From Candidatus Poribacteria bacterium (lineage in GTDB: Bacteria; Poribacteria; WGA-4E; WGA-3G), in the NCBI GenBank assembly GCA_022394775.1, contig JAGFCB010000022.1, positions 32,633 to 96,632 on the forward strand: a DNA stretch of 64,000 nucleotides. Reading direction: 5' to 3'. Shown piece after piece: positions 11,149 to 21,250 of this stretch (the stretch's first letter is position 1; each line of letters opens with the position of its first letter). Both the position numbers and the translations under genes were made by a program. The notes below the pieces were generated by a model that was not told the DNA's origin, did no database searches, and worked only from the letters and a program-made list of their open reading frames with translations.

Positions 11149-11268
11149 AGGACTTACGCAATTTGGGTTGTAGGCGGTTTTGTTAGATGAAATGTTTCTG
11201 ACAACACAGCGTTTCTGGTAGCACAAACTGGAAGTTTGTGGTACAAAAGAGCATCATGCGTAAGTCCT
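11149..11268. mobile_element. MITE-like element with 12-bp terminal inverted repeats AGGACTTACGCA / TGCGTAAGTCCT
   Basis: Perfect IR at 11149-11160 and 11257-11268; related ends at about 45916-46038, 50673-50763, 51593-51674 and 60437. Confidence 0.65.
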
Positions 11269-11408
11269 ATTTAAAACTTATAGTAAGGTAAAGCGCGAAA
11301 AATTGCAACAAAAAACCTGATTTAGTTATAACTTTCCGCATACAGACGCAGGAAAACTTATCTAAATCAGGTTTGATGACTTATAGCTACACCAAGTGTA
11401 GGGCAATT

Positions 11409-11461
11409 AAACCCCCTAACCCCCCCTTATCAGGGGGACTTTAAGAGGAAACGCGTAAGTC
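11409..11461. repeat. AACCCCCTAAxxCCCCTTATCAGGGGGACTTTAAG dispersed repeat (hairpin CCCC-TTATCA-GGGG)
   Basis: Copies near 11409, 14294, 14325, 19533, 41318, 45999 and 60397; degenerate at 52873. Confidence 0.85.
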
Positions 11462-12252
11462 TAATAGCTATCTTTCAGATGTCCCCAGATTGTGGGAAGT
11501 TTGTTGGCAGGTTCAACGGCGAGCGCTTGCCCATTAAGGAGTTTTGCGTCACCGATTGCGGAATGATCACAACCGATGCCGTCACCGCCATCACCCATGA
11601 CGATTTCCAACTCTTTCGCGCCTGATGGAATATCAAATTCTACTTTTAGAGCGTCAACGTTCTTTCCGCCATCAGTGCCTTGGAGTGTTTCAGATTTGAA
11701 GACCTGTTTCCCGTCAATACTGAAGATGAAATCGCTGCTTCCGCCGTGCCCGCAATCTCCGGGATCTTTCTCATCTGACATACCGACATACCCCTCAAAC
11801 TTGAGGTACTTATCACCACTAAGATCGTAAACGAAGGTGCCAATAGCGTGTGAGCCAATTCCACGTTCAAAGTAGATACCGCCGATGACAATATGATTAC
11901 GGGTTCCAGCACCTTCACCAATTGTGGCGTTGTCTACGTCAAGAGGACCGCCCCAGCCTGTCCATTCGGCTTCGGGGTTCTTCGGGATAAGTCCACACTT
12001 ATTCGGTTTCGGTTGGCTACCGCCAATCAAGGCAAGATACGTAACGCCATTCCGGTCATCTTCTTCGACAACCTCATCATAGTCGTTTTGTGTAGCGTCT
12101 CCCTCTTTACCGACTTCTTTAATAGGTTTCGCGCCATCGCCATCTATATTTTCACAGTCGTCTTTGGCTGCGTGAACACTGAAAGCCAACCCAAAGATCA
12201 GCATAACGATCAATGTCAATTTACTAACAAGTTTCATTTTTTTGACCTCCAT
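11461..12252 (-). CDS. Secreted NPCBM/NEW2 domain protein with conserved C-terminal tail
   Basis: Signal peptide; GIYFERGIGSHA, YLKFEGYVG, DGIGCDH; tail AVEPANKLPTIWGHLK. Confidence 0.82.
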   Translation of the reverse strand: MEVKKMKLVSKLTLIVMLIFGLAFSVHAAKDDCENIDGDGAKPIKEVGKEGDATQNDYDEVVEEDDRNGVTYLALIGGSQPKPNKCGLIPKNPEAEWTGWGGPLDVDNATIGEGAGTRNHIVIGGIYFERGIGSHAIGTFVYDLSGDKYLKFEGYVGMSDEKDPGDCGHGGSSDFIFSIDGKQVFKSETLQGTDGGKNVDALKVEFDIPSGAKELEIVMGDGGDGIGCDHSAIGDAKLLNGQALAVEPANKLPTIWGHLKDSY

Positions 12253-12333
12253 CAGTATATTTTTTTCCCAGAATTTTGGATAAGATTCTGAGCACTTATG
12301 TATAGCGAAAAAACGCAGGGTGCTGCGTTTAAG

Positions 12334-12798
12334 TTACACGGCTTTAACATGAAGCGTATCTTCATCTGCCCGGTTATATTGGTAACGTTCGTCAGATGCG
12401 AACACGATATCCAGTTCGCGCTGTGCATTCCTCCGCGAGTCGGATGCGTGCACAACATTATGCGTTATATCCACAGAGAAATCGCCTCTGATACTTCCGG
12501 GTTGAGATTTCTTTGGGTCGGTTTCTCCGTTAAGGATACGCACCAATTCGATAGCGTTCCGTCCTTCAATAGCTAAGGCAATAATAGGTGCCGATGTCAT
12601 GAATTCTATGAGTATATCGTAAAATGATTTCCCGTGATGGACAGCGTAGAGTGCTTCCGCTGTGACGCGCGGAAGCTGCAGCAGCTTCATCGCAGCAATT
12701 TTGAGTCCTCTGCGTTCATAGCGGGCGATAATTTCACCGACCAACCCCCGCTGAACGCCATCCGGTTTGATTAAAACCAGTGTCTGCTCTATTTCCAT
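12334..12798 (-). CDS. ndk: Nucleoside diphosphate kinase
   Basis: TLVLIKPDGVQRGLVGEII, PGSIRGDF, NVVHASDS. Confidence 0.97.
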   Translation of the reverse strand: MEIEQTLVLIKPDGVQRGLVGEIIARYERRGLKIAAMKLLQLPRVTAEALYAVHHGKSFYDILIEFMTSAPIIALAIEGRNAIELVRILNGETDPKKSQPGSIRGDFSVDITHNVVHASDSRRNAQRELDIVFASDERYQYNRADEDTLHVKAV

Positions 12799-12863
12799 GG
12801 TCCCTCCATTTGAATCTCTGCACGCGCCTCCATAGCACGCTCAGCCATACAAGCATTCAAGGC

Positions 12864-12913
12864 TTGACATCAAGCCTTTTTAAGTATACCATATTTTCAG
12901 TGCATTTGCCAAT
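12864..12913. promoter_or_regulatory. Overlapping divergent sigma70-like promoters (GNAT gene on +, ndk on -)
   Basis: + strand TTGACA-17-TACCAT (12864-12892); - strand TTGGCA-18-TATACT with extended -10 TG. Confidence 0.5.
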
Positions 12914-12936
12914 TTTATTTTTTTAAAACCGATCTA

Positions 12937-13926
12937 ATGGAGAGAGTTATGTACGATAAACTTGGGGCAGCCCTACTCAAGACAAAAGAGCGAATGGAAG
13001 TCGGCGTGATTACCGCACCAGATGGAAGTCATGCCGAAGCGGTGAAGCAATTCCTTGGGCATAAACCGGGCAACTATAAGTGGCATATTGAACGTTGTGT
13101 CACAGAGGTACTGGACGCGTTAGAGACGCGTTTCTATGTGGGTAAACTCGACGGTCAGGTGATTACGAATATCATGACTGTTGAATATGAAGGGATCGGT
13201 ATTTTAGGGCATGTCTTTACGCTCCCGGAGCAGCGCAGAAAAGGTGCGTGTAAAGGTGTGATGGCGTATCAGATGGAGAATTTTCGGCAGCGTGAGGGTC
13301 GAGCTCTCTACCTGGGTACAGGGTACAACAGCCCGCCGTATTATATCTATCACAGTTTCGGTTTTGAGAGCGTATTTTCAGAATCCGGTTTCATGAAATA
13401 CTTCGTAAATGAAGATTTTGAAGAACGCTATTTCGCGCCTACGTCAGCACACCCGAAACCTGTTGAATGGCACGATTGGCCGAAAGTTACGGCACTCTCA
13501 GGTATCGTCGGATGGGATGCGTTACGGAGTCTGACATGGAATGTTTATGGTCCCACGAATCTTGAAGGCGGTTTTCTGAGTTTCAAACACGCTTTGGAAA
13601 CAGAAGATAGTTATGATGACGCGAAGTTACTCGTTTCGTCGGGCGGTGCGATTGTCGGTTGGGCAACTGTGAACCGTGATACGCGCTGGCGACCTGCGAC
13701 TGCGGTGTTGGATCTCTTTTTTCATCCGAATTTTGCGGAGAGTGTTCCGGCGTTGCTTTCAGCAGTGAATTTTCCTGATGCGAAAGTTCAGTGCTATGTT
13801 GACAGTGGTGCTGAAAAGAAGGCGGCGGTTTTAGAAACCGCGGGGTTTAGTTGTGAAGGGCAGCTGAAAAATCAGTTTACATATAGCGGACAGGGTTACG
13901 ATGTTTTGGTGTTTGCGCGTGGATAG
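12937..13926 (+). CDS. GNAT family N-acetyltransferase
   Basis: VFTLPEQRRKGAC acetyl-CoA motif and YHSFGF; second degenerate GNAT-like half (LETAGFSCEG). Confidence 0.8.
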   Translation: MERVMYDKLGAALLKTKERMEVGVITAPDGSHAEAVKQFLGHKPGNYKWHIERCVTEVLDALETRFYVGKLDGQVITNIMTVEYEGIGILGHVFTLPEQRRKGACKGVMAYQMENFRQREGRALYLGTGYNSPPYYIYHSFGFESVFSESGFMKYFVNEDFEERYFAPTSAHPKPVEWHDWPKVTALSGIVGWDALRSLTWNVYGPTNLEGGFLSFKHALETEDSYDDAKLLVSSGGAIVGWATVNRDTRWRPATAVLDLFFHPNFAESVPALLSAVNFPDAKVQCYVDSGAEKKAAVLETAGFSCEGQLKNQFTYSGQGYDVLVFARG

Positions 13927-13927
13927 T

Positions 13928-14069
13928 TGTCTGAATCGCGGAAGACACGGAGGACACAGAGGACACGGAATTAAGAGATCCTTTGTTACCGCTCCTATCT
14001 CTTACCAAAGGAAATCTAAGAATCCCAATAGCATTTTCCGCGCAATCCGCGTAATCCGCGATTCAGACA
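13928..14069. mobile_element. MITE-like element with 15-bp perfect terminal IR and internal 9-bp tandem repeats
   Basis: TGTCTGAATCGCGGA (13928-13942) and TCCGCGATTCAGACA (14055-14069); internal GGACAC(G/A)GA and AATCCGCG units. Confidence 0.6.
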
Positions 14070-14113
14070 GACAACTGAAACTATGGTAGATTTTAGAATT
14101 ACTTGGACACTCT

Positions 14114-14232
14114 TATAGTAAAACCCGTAATTACTTGAACACCCAAAGAATGGCGGGGTTACAAACCCCGCCTGCAAGGAACAGTGGTTCTGTGTTTCCG
14201 AGAGTGTTTACATATCTTCGGGCTTTACTATA
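14114..14232. mobile_element. MITE-like element TATAGTAAA...TTTACTATA with central REP hairpin
   Basis: Close copy at 19701-19860; relatives at 33637-33773, 41353-41469, 47261-47386 and 61888-62006. Confidence 0.7.
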
Positions 14233-14383
14233 ATGCAAAGTCAACCCCTAAAGAATCAGAATCAACAGTATGAATGCCTTATGGGCATTCACCGCCCCTT
14301 ATCAGAGGGACTTTAAGAAGTCATAACCCCCTAAATCCCCCTTATCAGGGGGACTTTAAGAGCAAATGCGGTGGAATCTACAT

Positions 14384-17300
14384 CTACTTTCGGACGGCGA
14401 TTTTTCCGACTTTCTGTTTGCGGATTGTGTCGCCTTGGGCATTGGTGAATCGGGCGGTGAATTTGTAGAGATAGACGCCGTTCGCAAGCGGTTCACCGTC
14501 GGCATCGTAGCCGTCGTAGTGGAATTCGTTGAAAGAGACGGATGCGTCAAGTGTGTCAACGGCGAGGATGCGGCGACCTGTTATCGTGTAGATTTTCAGA
14601 CTGACCTCGTCGGCACCTTTGGTGAGGTAGTAGGCGAAGTGGGTGCCGCTTCCTGGGACGAAAGGGTTCGGGAAGTTGGCGATGTTTTTGATTTCAAATT
14701 CGCCTGCTACGGTGGCAGTGCTCGTTGCGTCGGATGCGATACCGTTTGCGTCTTGTGCCTGTAACCGAATGCGGTATTCACCGGGTTCTAAAACAGGTGT
14801 GTAAGTTATGAAAAGTAGATTGGTGTTGGTCGGCGATGCGGCAATAATATATTCATCTTCTGGCACACGCTGTCCATTTTGGGTGAGGATTATGTGCTCA
14901 GGGCGTGTATCAATGCCGTTGGCATCCTCAATCCGTGCCGAAATCGTTGGGGTATCAGAGATATAATCACCATCGACGAAACCTTGATGTTCAAAGGTTA
15001 ACTCCAGTGCGGGTGGACTGGTATCGCTGTGAGATAATAAGGCGAAGGTTCCGGGCAGTTTAACTTCCGCAGAGATCGTCTCTTCATTCGTTGTTTCCTT
15101 GTTTCCAACCAGAATCCAGTTTCCGTTGTCGTCGCGCCGATAGACATGCGGATTGTCGCTTTCCGACTTTAAGAAACTGGCGGTCGCTGTCAACTCGGTT
15201 TGTTCGCTCAAGTCGAGTTGATAGACGAAAGCCGATGAAGGCGTTGCCCCTACAATATCGGGTTGATTGGTGATGGCAAGTGCCTCTTCGGTGTAAGTTA
15301 GCACCGTGGTGGTTTGAATGCTTCCGGTCGGAAAAGTTACTTGGAAGTTCCCGTCTCGGCTCTGAATTAGCGGATTCTGCGTTTCAGGCGTAAGAATGAT
15401 ACGGTTGCCAGTAAACTGGCGGGATCCTCTATTATTTCTTTCCAATCTTTCAATGATACTGCCTTTTGGCAATTCGGTAGAGGGCATATCAACGTAAACT
15501 GTAATCAGATAGTTTCCGGGTGCTGGTTGCCACGGCACACTTACGGTAACTTGCTCATCAGGCTGGATTTCGGAGATTATCTGAATACCTTCAATCGGGG
15601 CGGTGTTCTGTAGTTCCGTAAGAGGGACGGTAGATGCCTCGGTTTCAGCATTTAAGGCTTTCTCGAAAAAGTACACAGGCACATTTCGGGCGGTTTTGTG
15701 TCCTGTATTACGGATTTGTGCGGAGAGCATAAACGGTGGCGTGGCTCCCCATGCGATCGTTTGCTCCAAGAGGGCAAGATCGATTTCAGGTTCAACATAC
15801 CCGACATCATAAAAGGTAGTTGCGGTTTGCAATGTTCGCCCACCTTTTACTTTTACCTCTAAGTAATAGTCAATAAGCGTGAATTCAGGGTATCCGGGGA
15901 TGGGTTGCTCACTTCTATAGGTTGTGCCGGTGTGAGGTACGACTGGGATCGTGAAAAATTTCTCACCGTAGTCTTCACTCCAAAAAAAGTTTAATTCTTC
16001 AATGCCACTTTCGTCCATAACTTCTGTGTAGAGATAGACGGGTTGGTTCGGTTCAACTGGAAACGGCGCGATACGGACGTTATCAACATAGCGAGATAGT
16101 ATATTATAGGGGGCAGCCCCAATTGCATCGGTGTCTGTATCCCATGCGTAGGCTTGCACGCTGCCCGTATCAAATTCGGGGTCTGTTGGAAGTTGTATTT
16201 GTGTGGTGAACTGACCGTTAACGACAGAGATAATCTCGTCTTTAGACGAAATGTCGTCGTCGGTTTCAGTCGTCGGCACTACACTAATTTCGACATCTCC
16301 GTTAAAACTCCGATCAGGTAGCGTTCCAGAGACGGTGAGTAGCGTCTCTGGTTCAAAAGAGCGTTGGGTAGAGGGGTTCGTGAATTCTACTGTCATTTCG
16401 ATCTGTTTATTTGGTATTTTCAGCTGTGTTGCAGGGTCCCCGAAGAGGGTAAAAACTTCAGTCAAATCGAGGAATCCGGGCGAGTTTATAAGGAACTGTG
16501 TTTTGGATTGCGCGAAGATTGCACCGATATTCCGGGTGTGTCCTTTGAAGATAACGTCGAAAATTTCGCGGTTGAGAATGTAATCGCCTACTAAAAGTCC
16601 GATGCTGGTTGCTCCGATGACAGCGACAGCACCGCCATTTTCCGAACGGAGCAGTTCTTCAGCGAGGCTGTTTTTGTTGCCATCAAAGGCACCTGTGTAG
16701 CAGGTCATGCTGATGACCAATGGCAGTTGTGAAATATTGGTTAAGTTCTGTTCAGGGTCTTCAAAGTCAAGCATCCGGCTGTCTGACCAGATGCCGCCGC
16801 CGCCGTGTCCAATATAGTTGATAAGACTTGCGCCGTTGTTGAAGCCGTCAATCACCCGTCTGGCGATAGGTGTAGTAATCCCCTCGTCGATACTCAGATC
16901 CAGTTCATCTTTATAGGGTGCGTAGATCCGTTCGGTTTCATATCTGCTGCTGAGTTGACTGTGTGAGACAAGTTGATTAACCTGAAAATGAAATATGGAA
17001 TCCGAACCTGCGAGCATTAAAAGCCGTTTATGCCACGGACCGACGGGAGAAGTGGTTTCATGTTGGATAGTGCGTTCGACGAATATACGTGCATCGACAC
17101 GGGTATTGGCGGGCATCCGCCCGATGAGCATGTCTGGGAAGTTGTCTTCACCTCGGAATGTGACGAATTGGTGATCACTTGCACTCGACCCGAAACCGGG
17201 TATTTGCACCCGTATGGTCGGTACAAAATTGATTTTATTTTTTATGTCGATATGTGTATCGCCTACGAGGAGGACATAGGTGGGTGCGGGCGGTTGCCAG

Positions 17301-19477
17301 TTATAGTAGGCATACTTAAGGAATTCACGGATGGCATTGGGGCTAAGAATCCCGTGGTTGAATTCGTCATAGATATTTTGGACATCAACAACTTTGGTGC
17401 GCAGTCCTTGTTGGCTGCGAAAGTCTGCGAGCGGCTGAACATCGTGGATGAAATTGTTGTGTGTAATGATGATGTGGTCTGCGCCGTTATGGGTCCCGCG
17501 TAAATCCGATGAGGCATCTAACGCAATTTTCGGTTTTAGGAACTGGTTTCGAGTGAGTGCGACGTATTGGGTTGCGGGATCGTCTACGTCTTTAGGACGG
17601 ATTTGGGTGGATCGGAAGACCGCCCTATAGGTGCCGGGAAAATCTTTTTCATCAACGAGTGGTTTCAAGCCGACATAGCGTGTCCCGTCAACTCCATAAA
17701 TTTCGATGTCGGGGGTAGAGAAGTTCTGTAAAGTCACTTTGAAATTCGGGTTGACAGCACTGGTTTCGTCGAGGACTGGGGTGATTGCAAAGGGCAGGAC
17801 ATCCGATTCGGCATGAAAACTTCGCCAATAATCGACTTGGATCCAGTTGAATAAGATGATGTCGATGAGTTCTTCGGGACTTCCGGGATTCATAATCCGA
17901 AGAATATTGCGTCCATCCTCAAGGAAGGATTGAGAGAGTTGTTGATTCCGAAGTTGGTATTCGGTTTCACCGGTCCACTGTGCTTCTCCGAGTCTAATTT
18001 TATCGTTGAGCCATATATCACAATCGTGTCCTGTGTTGGACATGCCTTGGAGATTGACGCGTACTGTTGCGGGTCGAGCGGTATCTGCGAGCCCCGCGAG
18101 GTCGAAGTTGAATGACTTTGATGAAGGCGCGGTTAATTGTGACCAGAACCAGCTATCGTCTGGGAGTGGTGGTAATTCAGTGAGATTAAATGAGCGTGTT
18201 TGCAGACCTTGACTAAATTCTTGATACGTTTGGTTTTCTCCGAGGTTTATATTACGGAACCGTCTAAAATTTATATCTTTCTCAATATGCGCGCGTGCCA
18301 GAAAAACCTTATAATCTTGTGTATCCCTTATATTCGGAAGTACTGTTTTTGTGGCCATCCGGCTTCCGGGTCCCGCGTTCCATGAGAGCCAATAAATATT
18401 GTCATCGGTAAAAGGGTTAATATAACTGGTTTCTCCGGGGAGGCGTTCACCATAGAAAATAATCTCATCTGTGGGATCAAGCCTATCATCGCTTTCACCG
18501 CGAACAAAGATCGGAATCTGTCTGCCCCGGTTTGTTAACCTTAATGTTCTCGGTTTAATCGTTGCGGTATCAGCCCCTGCGGCTACAAGATCCGATGCAG
18601 TAATGCTATACATCCCGGATTCCGTAACGCTGATTTTATAGTGCGGACGCATAATAGAAGGCGCGCTCGGTGCCGGGGACGTTTGTAAGATAGGAGAACG
18701 CCACTGTATGGCATTTTGTGGATTAATAAGCAGGTTGTTGAAGAACGCATTGTAGGTGTCGGATTCGGTACGCAAACCCATCGGTATTGCAGAGGGTGCG
18801 CGCGTTCCTGTTTCGATGAAACGCACTTCAACTACAATCCGGTGATAAAGCCTCACTTCGCGGCGGACAGGGTTATACTGAACTGGGTTGAGTTGGATAG
18901 GAAGGACACGGTTCTCTCGGATCCAGCCTGCTTCCCTGATTTCAACTACGTCGTTCGGAAAGAAGCGGTCTTTTTCTGGCTGCGTCGCGCTTTGCGGTGT
19001 CGGTGCATACGCAATTCTTTCTATGTTCCTCTGGGTTTTGAAATGTTTTTCGACAATCCGCAATTGGAAATCTACATCAGCGGGGACAGCGATGAGTGCA
19101 GTTTGCACGGGGAGCCGTGGCATCCCCGGTTCAGTCGAGAAACGGCACCCTGGGAAAGAGAGCGTTTTGCTTTCAGCTGTGCCGACTTCCATTTCGGTCG
19201 TGGTGTCATTAAAACGGAAATCGGATCCAGGGATAACCAACTGGATTGTCACACCGACGGCGGTAGCACGCACTAATTCAATTTCTCTTTGGGATGCCAC
19301 GTTGTTCCCTGTAGCAGCACGGGTCTGTCGATCTCTTGATGTTGTCATCGGTGCGGCGACTGCTATTCGATTTAGGGCAGGCAGGAAACTTGTATCCAAA
19401 CAGAGGACGAAGGTTATTAATAGTGTCAGGAGCTGTAGGGACGCGGTGGTGTGCGTTTTTAGGGGACATGTTTTCAT
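14384..19477 (-). CDS. C25 (gingipain/PorU-like) cysteine peptidase with propeptide, CARDB-like and FlgD/CTD-like domains
   Basis: C25 propeptide (PGMPRLP, NPVQYNP), IYDEF, YVLLVGD, IGRMP, catalytic YIGHG and SMTCYTG, LFGDP; C-terminal NFPNPF...LANGVYLY. Confidence 0.88.
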   Translation of the reverse strand: MKTCPLKTHTTASLQLLTLLITFVLCLDTSFLPALNRIAVAAPMTTSRDRQTRAATGNNVASQREIELVRATAVGVTIQLVIPGSDFRFNDTTTEMEVGTAESKTLSFPGCRFSTEPGMPRLPVQTALIAVPADVDFQLRIVEKHFKTQRNIERIAYAPTPQSATQPEKDRFFPNDVVEIREAGWIRENRVLPIQLNPVQYNPVRREVRLYHRIVVEVRFIETGTRAPSAIPMGLRTESDTYNAFFNNLLINPQNAIQWRSPILQTSPAPSAPSIMRPHYKISVTESGMYSITASDLVAAGADTATIKPRTLRLTNRGRQIPIFVRGESDDRLDPTDEIIFYGERLPGETSYINPFTDDNIYWLSWNAGPGSRMATKTVLPNIRDTQDYKVFLARAHIEKDINFRRFRNINLGENQTYQEFSQGLQTRSFNLTELPPLPDDSWFWSQLTAPSSKSFNFDLAGLADTARPATVRVNLQGMSNTGHDCDIWLNDKIRLGEAQWTGETEYQLRNQQLSQSFLEDGRNILRIMNPGSPEELIDIILFNWIQVDYWRSFHAESDVLPFAITPVLDETSAVNPNFKVTLQNFSTPDIEIYGVDGTRYVGLKPLVDEKDFPGTYRAVFRSTQIRPKDVDDPATQYVALTRNQFLKPKIALDASSDLRGTHNGADHIIITHNNFIHDVQPLADFRSQQGLRTKVVDVQNIYDEFNHGILSPNAIREFLKYAYYNWQPPAPTYVLLVGDTHIDIKNKINFVPTIRVQIPGFGSSASDHQFVTFRGEDNFPDMLIGRMPANTRVDARIFVERTIQHETTSPVGPWHKRLLMLAGSDSIFHFQVNQLVSHSQLSSRYETERIYAPYKDELDLSIDEGITTPIARRVIDGFNNGASLINYIGHGGGGIWSDSRMLDFEDPEQNLTNISQLPLVISMTCYTGAFDGNKNSLAEELLRSENGGAVAVIGATSIGLLVGDYILNREIFDVIFKGHTRNIGAIFAQSKTQFLINSPGFLDLTEVFTLFGDPATQLKIPNKQIEMTVEFTNPSTQRSFEPETLLTVSGTLPDRSFNGDVEISVVPTTETDDDISSKDEIISVVNGQFTTQIQLPTDPEFDTGSVQAYAWDTDTDAIGAAPYNILSRYVDNVRIAPFPVEPNQPVYLYTEVMDESGIEELNFFWSEDYGEKFFTIPVVPHTGTTYRSEQPIPGYPEFTLIDYYLEVKVKGGRTLQTATTFYDVGYVEPEIDLALLEQTIAWGATPPFMLSAQIRNTGHKTARNVPVYFFEKALNAETEASTVPLTELQNTAPIEGIQIISEIQPDEQVTVSVPWQPAPGNYLITVYVDMPSTELPKGSIIERLERNNRGSRQFTGNRIILTPETQNPLIQSRDGNFQVTFPTGSIQTTTVLTYTEEALAITNQPDIVGATPSSAFVYQLDLSEQTELTATASFLKSESDNPHVYRRDDNGNWILVGNKETTNEETISAEVKLPGTFALLSHSDTSPPALELTFEHQGFVDGDYISDTPTISARIEDANGIDTRPEHIILTQNGQRVPEDEYIIAASPTNTNLLFITYTPVLEPGEYRIRLQAQDANGIASDATSTATVAGEFEIKNIANFPNPFVPGSGTHFAYYLTKGADEVSLKIYTITGRRILAVDTLDASVSFNEFHYDGYDADGEPLANGVYLYKFTARFTNAQGDTIRKQKVGKIAVRK

Positions 19478-19700
19478 TAAACGGGTAACTCCAAGGTGCG
19501 AGACTTACTGAACAGGTCGTTATTTTATTTTTAACCCCCTAAATCCCCCTTATCAGGGGGACTTTAAGACAGGCTCTGCAGGCGGGGTTGTGTAGGTCCT
19601 ATTTAAATATTCGTGAGCGGGTGAGCTTTTCGTGGTGTTTGTTGTCGGTTGCCTCGTTTTTCTTTGAAAAATGTGGAATTTTTAATTAATTGGGCACTCT

Positions 19701-19860
19701 TATAATAAAACCCCTAATTACTTGAACACCGAAAGAATGACGGGGTTACAAACCCCGCTTGCAATGGATAAGAAAGAATGACGGGGTTACAAACCTCGCC
19801 TGCAATGGATAAGGATTCTGTGTTTCCGAGAGTGTTCACATATCTTCGGGCTTTACTATA
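19701..19860. mobile_element. MITE-like element, copy of 14114-14232 with duplicated central hairpin
   Basis: Same ends; AAAGAATGACGGGGTTACAAACC.CGC.TGCAATGGATAAG unit present twice. Confidence 0.7.
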
Positions 19861-19966
19861 AACAGTCTGAATGCCTATTATAGGCATTCAGACTGGAAAC
19901 CCAAACTAAAAGGTTTGCGGCGTACACGCCCAGATGGGAAGTGCATCATGCTACAAAGATATCTAT

Positions 19967-20557
19967 TTATTTTTCGGCGAGATGGTAGACCTCGATTTCT
20001 CGGATTTGCGCGATCGAGGGTTGCATGACGCGAAAATGTGGATAGTACCTACCCGCAAGGGTTGTCCGCCGGTTAAGGACTTTGTCTCCGGGTTCTGTCG
20101 TAATTTTGTTCACGATGACATCGTCAACGGTCCGCGTAACAGCGATACGCAGCATCTTTGTCCGGAAGTTCAATCTATCAAAAATGTACTCCGCTTGTGC
20201 TCTGTCATCACCAACGTTGCGCCGCTGAATAACTGTATGGAAAGTCTCCCATTTACCGGTTTCTTCATCCAAATAGTGCATCTCAAACCGAAATAGGTTT
20301 CCATTGTGAATAACGATTTTCCGAACGGGATGTGTGTCCGAAAATCGGATAACGAAGTAGCGTTCATTTTGTGCTGGCAGTGTGGCGAGTGTTTCCAGGT
20401 TTCCATCGTTCATGCCGGGATGGTTTGCTTCGGTCCCATAGGTGACACTCGCTATGTTTTGACTATATTGTGTAGATAGCATTTTTGAGACCCTACACGC
20501 ATTAAGGTGTAGAACTATGAATAGCAAACAAGAGATAGATAGGGCAGTGCGTCTCAT
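19967..20557 (-). CDS. Hypothetical lipoprotein, possibly discoidin/F5-8-like fold
   Basis: Lipobox-like LNAC; DGNLET, VRKIVIHN, terminal IREIEVY; stop/start overlap with the upstream eutN-like gene. Confidence 0.55.
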   Translation of the reverse strand: MRRTALSISCLLFIVLHLNACRVSKMLSTQYSQNIASVTYGTEANHPGMNDGNLETLATLPAQNERYFVIRFSDTHPVRKIVIHNGNLFRFEMHYLDEETGKWETFHTVIQRRNVGDDRAQAEYIFDRLNFRTKMLRIAVTRTVDDVIVNKITTEPGDKVLNRRTTLAGRYYPHFRVMQPSIAQIREIEVYHLAEK

Positions 20558-20841
20558 TCTTGTTCCTCCTGAAATGTTATGTCAACCCGATCTACAATTC
20601 CCATAATGAGTTCACGGATAGGCGCGTCTTCAACACCGAAAACTTCTTGTGCGACACCGGGTCCAGCCCCAACAATCACGGTATCCCCTTCGCCAGCCCC
20701 GACGTAGTCAACAGCGATTGTTGGCGTGCGAACGAGTTGAGATCTGACGCTCAACGGTTGGATGAGCAGCAGTGTGCGGTTTTGGTATGCAGGATGTTTA
20801 ACGACAGAAACGGCTTTTCCGATTACTTTAGCGATATACAT
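20554..20841 (-). CDS. EutN/CcmL family microcompartment vertex (pentamer) protein
   Basis: MYIAKVIGKAVSVVKH, AVDYVGAGEGD, IMGIVD. Confidence 0.92.
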   Translation of the reverse strand: MYIAKVIGKAVSVVKHPAYQNRTLLLIQPLSVRSQLVRTPTIAVDYVGAGEGDTVIVGAGPGVAQEVFGVEDAPIRELIMGIVDRVDITFQEEQE

Positions 20842-20845
20842 TTTT

Positions 20846-21160
20846 TTAAGACTCCGTTTCGGAGGGTGCTTTCGCAGGCGTGCTTGCCGTGTCAATCAGC
20901 GAGAGAGAATCGACGATGCCAACAATAGCGACATCGACAGGCATGCGCCTTCCGGGTATAACGCTGACAGCATCGCCGCCGGTGACGATATAGACGATTT
21001 CGCCGACCCCGGCATCGTTTAACGTGTCAACTGCGACGAGTGGTTCAGAAATGGGGTTCTGTTTTTCGTCTAACGGTTGGACGACGAGGAGACGCGTTCC
21101 TTCTAAAGTTGGGTCTTTTCGCGTTGCGACAACGGTGCCAATAATTTTTGCTAAATCCAT
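20846..21160 (-). CDS. EutN/CcmL family microcompartment vertex (pentamer) protein
   Basis: MDLAKIIGTVVATRK, VAVDT, AGVGE, PVDVAIVGIVD. Confidence 0.93.
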   Translation of the reverse strand: MDLAKIIGTVVATRKDPTLEGTRLLVVQPLDEKQNPISEPLVAVDTLNDAGVGEIVYIVTGGDAVSVIPGRRMPVDVAIVGIVDSLSLIDTASTPAKAPSETES

Positions 21161-21250
21161 TCGTTTTATTTTCCACTATGATTATGAAACAAGTTTCGTG
21201 TGAAGCAGACGGGGTTTAAAACCCTGCCTGCAGTGGAGCTTCCGCTATGA

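Noticed and set aside
11313-11374. 13-bp inverted repeat AAACCTGATTTAG / CTAAATCAGGTTT as a separate mobile element
   Set aside because: Single occurrence downstream of a gene with a T-run on the minus strand; could equally be a terminator, so left uncalled
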